NCBI GenBank assembly: GCA_051294905.1
Contig: CM119372.1
Location: forward strand, 30,566,001 to 30,630,000
Reading direction: 5' to 3'
Length of the DNA stretch: 64,000 nt
Source of the DNA: Botryllus schlosseri
Taxonomy: Eukaryota
The translations under genes were made by a program, and so were the position numbers. The notes under the pieces were generated by a model. It was not told the origin of the DNA, did not search any database, and saw only the letters and a list, made by a program, of their open reading frames with translations. This document shows, piece by piece, positions 59,801 through 64,000 of this stretch (its first letter is position 1; each line of letters opens with the position of its first letter).

Positions 59801-60810
59801 ATTATGATGTTTTGAACCGATTTTAAAAGGACTGTGTTGTGAATATATTTGTAATATGGGCCCAATATTCGGTATTGCCAGTGTGTTACTTTACTTTAAA
59901 AAAAACTAATGGCAGATCACAATTCGTCAGAATAAATGCTGAATTTCAACAAAAATGTGCGTATATATAGTTTTTTGGCTATAACTCATTTTGCGTTCAC
60001 AATAGAGAAAACTTTCCTCAGAAGACAGATAGAAACATGATGCTTCCGCAGATTTTGAGCTATATATCATGACTCTACGACCAGCGGTTGCCGAGATGGG
60101 CCATTTTACCCCCCCCACGCGCAGAAATTGGGGGGTTGCCGGCTGGAAAATGGGGGCAACACCCTGAAGTCACTTTTCATTGAAGTTTTAGGTCATTTGT
60201 CAGGATTGAGGAAGGCCTTTTTTGATTTGAAAAAAAAAAGTCATTTTCACTCCACCCTACCACACAACTCCTGCTGATCTGTTCTCATCAAAAGTGATTG
60301 AAATGCATAGGCCTATATAAACTTTCTTTATTTTTCACTGTTGAAGTAGTGATAGGATTCAAACAAAACTACTTGAGTCATAGCTCAAACCTCCAAGTGT
60401 TGAATTGGTTGCCATTCAAATCACATCTTTAAAACTAAATCGGCAGAACCAACTATACTCTCCCTATAAGTCTTTCATCTTGGGTCCGTTTTTTTCAAAT
60501 CCGTGCTTGTCAAACCTATTTCGGAACGGTAAACTCAAAATGTATACACCCCAGCCCACGCGATACACCAAATCCGTGTTTATCTGTTGAGCTTACTTGT
60601 TCATTTTGATATCTCAATGTCTGACATCAGTTATCTCTTGAAAAGGCGGTGGATCATGCTAAGCAAAGACAGGTCACCAGCCGGGGAGACTTGAACCACC
60701 AACGCGCCACCACAAGACGCGGCTCTTTCGGCATGTCTGAACGGAAAAGATATGCTGGATCTCCACTGTCCGGCAGAATAACACCGTCTAAGTCGAGTCA
60801 TCAAGATTGA
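53870..60810 (+). CDS. RABL3: Rab-like protein 3, six coding exons
   Basis: Phase-consistent exons 53870-54013, 54629-54720, 55646-55795, 56351-56504, 57262-57333, ~60646-60810. Motifs [62 protein letters not shown]-terminal ERKRY...KSSHQD. The last-exon acceptor is tentative. Confidence 0.92.
57942..60259. mobile_element. hAT (hATm-like) transposon derivative with ~880-bp inverted arms, in RABL3 intron 5
   Basis: TIR TAGGGTGGAGTGAAAATGAC at both ends; perfect 8-bp TSD ccacacaa (57934-57941, 60260-60267). Minus-strand transposase remnant [59 protein letters not shown] with stops and frameshifts. Confidence 0.88.
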
Positions 60811-61269
60811 CAACACTGCCTTCATATGTTTTTAGTTAGTGCAATTTTATGGAGTTTCGTTTGCTGCTATGGTGTCTTAAATATATCTATCTGTGGTAGT
60901 TTTGTGACTATTTTTGACAAGTAAACTTTTAGATGCAGACAGTCAGGTTTAAAACACCAGTATCAGTCTAGGGGCAGAGACTGAGATTGAGATAATATTT
61001 GGTATGAACGTACTTCGTACTTTTAGGATACGCCTAGTTTATCCAGGAGAATGCTAATCGTTTGATTAAAAGTTGTTAACTGTTGCAATTGGCAACCTAC
61101 TCCGACGTACAAGACTGCTCGTGATTGTCGGGTTACTATTTGTCCTTCTCGGAAATGTCTTCCGAGAACGCCTAAATGTCCTTCCTTTTGGAAATCCATC
61201 CTTCTTTATAGCTTGGACAGCTAGAAAACGCAATGAACGACGCGGTAGGTAAAAAGATGGCAAATGGAT

Positions 61270-61385
61270 GAGAGCACGACCGAAACAGAACTCTGTCGTC
61301 TGGAATGCATTACCACCACATATCCGTGAATTGCTTGAAAATAGATTTAAAAAAGACCTACTTGATCACCTCCTGTCGTTATACT
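61270..61385 (+). mobile_element. Short LINE ORF2 C-terminal remnant
   Basis: Frame reads SVVWNALPPHIRELLENRFKKDLLDHLLSLY*, containing the WN.LP...FK..L motif at CR1/L2 ORF2 ends. Confidence 0.55.
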
Positions 61386-61490
61386 AAAACTGTTGCCCTG
61401 CCTCGCCCAGACATTGCTTCATTGATCATTTGCTACCATCGTTTGAATTTTCTTTTATTTTCCTTTTTTTTAACCAACATTTTTTACAGC

Positions 61491-62332
61491 CAGATGGTTC
61501 AGAGTCAAGTGTACCTGTTTGATGCCGGTGTGATCAGGCTTATAACGTCATTATAACGCAGAGCGAATGTTTGTTGTTGTTATATAGTTGCGTAATCTGA
61601 CTCCAGAAGGTTACTTTGACTTCGTTGCATATATCTTCCCTGCGACGGACCGGCGTCTACGCCAGTGGATTGACTTGCGTTGTACAGGTACACGCATACT
61701 CGAAGATCACACGGACAACTCTTTAGGTTCTGTCTCCACGACTTGTAAATTTATTGAATCACCGCACGACAACGTAACAGTATTTCCGTATTTCCATATT
61801 CGAATTTATGTATATTTGCGAAATAATTTTGGCCCACTTCGAACTTTCAAGTGGTTTGGGTGCGGCTGTAACGGTTTTGTGTACGAGGTTGGCATGTAAA
61901 AACGATGAGAAAATCTCATTTCACACGCTAGCTAATTTATCTTATGTCTTGAAGACCCAAGTGAATAATCACGACAAAAATATTTCTAAAGGTGTGAAAC
62001 CGCAAACACCCGAGAAAAACACGCGCGTCACGCTTGAATTGTAGTTATCTTAGTATCTGGTCTATATTTTGCAGCATTGGCTCTTGGTCGTGCAACGAGC
62101 TAAGCCGTTATCGGGCTGCATTGATGCGGTGCTTGCTACGGACATGGGTGACAAACAAGATTTGTCAAGTTACGGTATGGGTATATTCAACGATTCGGCT
62201 AATAGATTCGTCACCGACGTTGAGTTTATATTGGTGTACGCTAATCTGGAATCAGATCCAACTGCATATAATGATTTTTCGCAGATAGTGGTCTGTCCGT
62301 CTGCTATCATGGAATCTCGGTTCATTTTGTGA
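61491..62332 (+). other. Possible small unannotated multi-exon gene (unknown product)
   Basis: Three pyrimidine-rich acceptors (ttttttacag 61490, tatatag 61587, attttgcag ~62071) precede open, relatively GC-rich segments (LRNLTPEGYFDFVAYIFP..., HWLLVVQRAKPLSGCIDAVLATD...RFIL*). No family recognised and phase chain not unique. Confidence 0.25.
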
Positions 62333-62659
62333 AATAAATCCTGCGTGATGAGAGCTTTTCTGCATAGAATAATTAAGTAGTTGAACAGAAAGATCTGCGT
62401 GACGTTGCCACCAATTCCACTCTGCCGTCTGTGTTACTGTGTAGATTTTAACAGAATGTTTGATACCGGGATTGGTGACGAGGTTAAGTATGGACTTCTT
62501 GATGATGTCATCCAACACTGGGCCAAGTTTTAAGGTTGTCACTCAATGATTAGGGTGGTAATTACGTTATGGGTTGTCCAAGTCAACTATATATTTACAA
62601 CACGTGTAGCAAATCATGCTAAACTACCGTACATATACATCAGATTTTTAGCAGAATTT

Positions 62660-63193
62660 ATGGATTTTGGGCTTACGAGACGTCGAAGGTTGTTTTTGTG
62701 CGCGTCAGCCTGTATCATTGCTGCATATTACTATATGGAGCTGGAAAAATCAAAACGAAAAAAACGTCTGTATATGGAGCTGGAAAAATCGAAACAAAAA
62801 AAACGGCTGAAAAAGGCCAAAGGAAAGAAACGGAAACAATGGATGCAGAAAATTTACCAGCTTAGAGAAGAACAAGGTATAGCGACTTTTTGACTGACCT
62901 TATTGTGAACATGCTGGTCTTATTTTGAACATAGAGACTGACCTTATCTTGAACAAAATCTCCCTGATCCAGTCCAATCACTCCAATGTATATTTTTCTA
63001 TGTCGACAGGTCATTTCCACCAGCTTGTGAGGGAATTGGGATTGGAGGGAGAACGTGATTTCATGAACTTCTTTCGCATGGGCAGACCACAATACGAAGT
63101 GCTGCTCAGACTGGTCGGGCAAAGCATTACAAAACAGAGGACTGCTATGAGGGAACCTATACGTCCCCCTGTACGACTTGCTGTGACTTTGAG
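62660..63193 (+). CDS. Harbinger/PIF transposase-like (HARBI1/ALP1-type) nuclease, first two exons; continuation not found in window
   Basis: Exon 62660-62876 (phase 1, G|GTATAG) joins 63010-63193 (phase 2, AG|GTGAGT), giving QWMQKIYQLREEQGHFHQLVREL...FMNFFRM...LLRLVGQSITKQRTAMREPIRPPVRLAVTLR, the typical N-terminal part of Harbinger DDE nucleases. DDE core not seen. Confidence 0.75.
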
Positions 63194-63813
63194 GTGAGTG
63201 AAAGTACTTCTGTTTAGGTCTGTCACACTGTCTATTTTGTCAATGTCGCCAATGCACTGCTTACTCAAGGGCACAGCACTACTTTAGGAGTGAAATTGTC
63301 ATAATAACAGTGATAAAGTAACTGAATATATGGCGGCTAGCTAGATTACGGTAGCCAGAATTCTGACTCAATGCCAACTTAGACAAATTGACAGACCCTA
63401 TTGAGATCTCGAATTGTTTCAATGAATATGAATAAATGAAAAATATCAATAAGATTAACAAGGCTGTCGGCTGTGTTATTATTCTAACCTGGTTTCTGAA
63501 AATGGTCGGCTTGCGCAATCAACCTTTTTGCTTCCCATTTTTCAACACATTGCTCTTATGTCTGGCCAAGGCTGTGGATTTTCCAGAGAGCATGACATTC
63601 AGTGAATGATTCCATCACTTCATTGCCAGACCTCAACAAGAACTTAATGTCATAACTGATCAGTGCAAGAGATCTTAACAAAGACTGCCCTACTCGCTTG
63701 AACCATAGGAAATTTTATTCAGTTTAACATGATATCAATACATTTGTATATTAGCACTGTATCTCTGTCACGTAAATCCACAATTTGATTGCTGTCTCAT
63801 CGACTGTTTAAAT

Positions 63814-64000
63814 CAGGGGTGTCAAACATATGGCCCACATGCCGCATCTGACCCATGACGGGATTCTGAAAAATGGCTGTATTATCCAGCACATTTCTAA
63901 CAAATGTGAGGATTTTTGGTACGAAATATTTTCAATAAATAATCCATGAAGACAGAAAATCTTGAGTCTGTTCATAGGTCACATTATAACAATCCGACGG
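63814..64000. mobile_element. Left end of a hAT MITE
   Basis: CAGGGGTGTCAAAC..TGGCCC terminus preceded by gtttaaat; right end not in window. Confidence 0.55.

Overview
Eukaryotic, intron-containing animal DNA; there is no prokaryotic or CRISPR content. An invertebrate chordate such as an ascidian is my inference, from short introns, intron-poor genes and splice acceptors just upstream of most start codons. Minus strand, in transcription order: three tandem BTB-BACK-kelch genes (the first two transcribed are damaged, the last is intact), PCGF1, CCDC148, GSKIP and a multi-exon TSC2 (tuberin) that runs off the left edge. Plus strand: GRIPAP1, RABL3 and the 5' exons of a Harbinger/HARBI1-type nuclease. 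Introns and intergenic DNA hold many hAT MITEs with intact 8-bp TSDs (including a three-level nest), tRNA-derived SINEs, CR1/L2-type LINE fragments and Penelope-derived repeats. Two observations stand out. (1) A dispersed ~200-bp Penelope-related element carries a minimal type I hammerhead ribozyme with a palindromic helix III that covaries between copies and a predicted loop-II pseudoknot; the intact copy is in the sense orientation in GRIPAP1 intron 1. (2) The GSKIP stop codon is separated from the TSC2 start codon by one nucleotide (TAA-A-ATG), with an upstream uORF joined to GSKIP by TGATG. All homology calls are from recall of the protein families and by-eye comparison, not from database searches.
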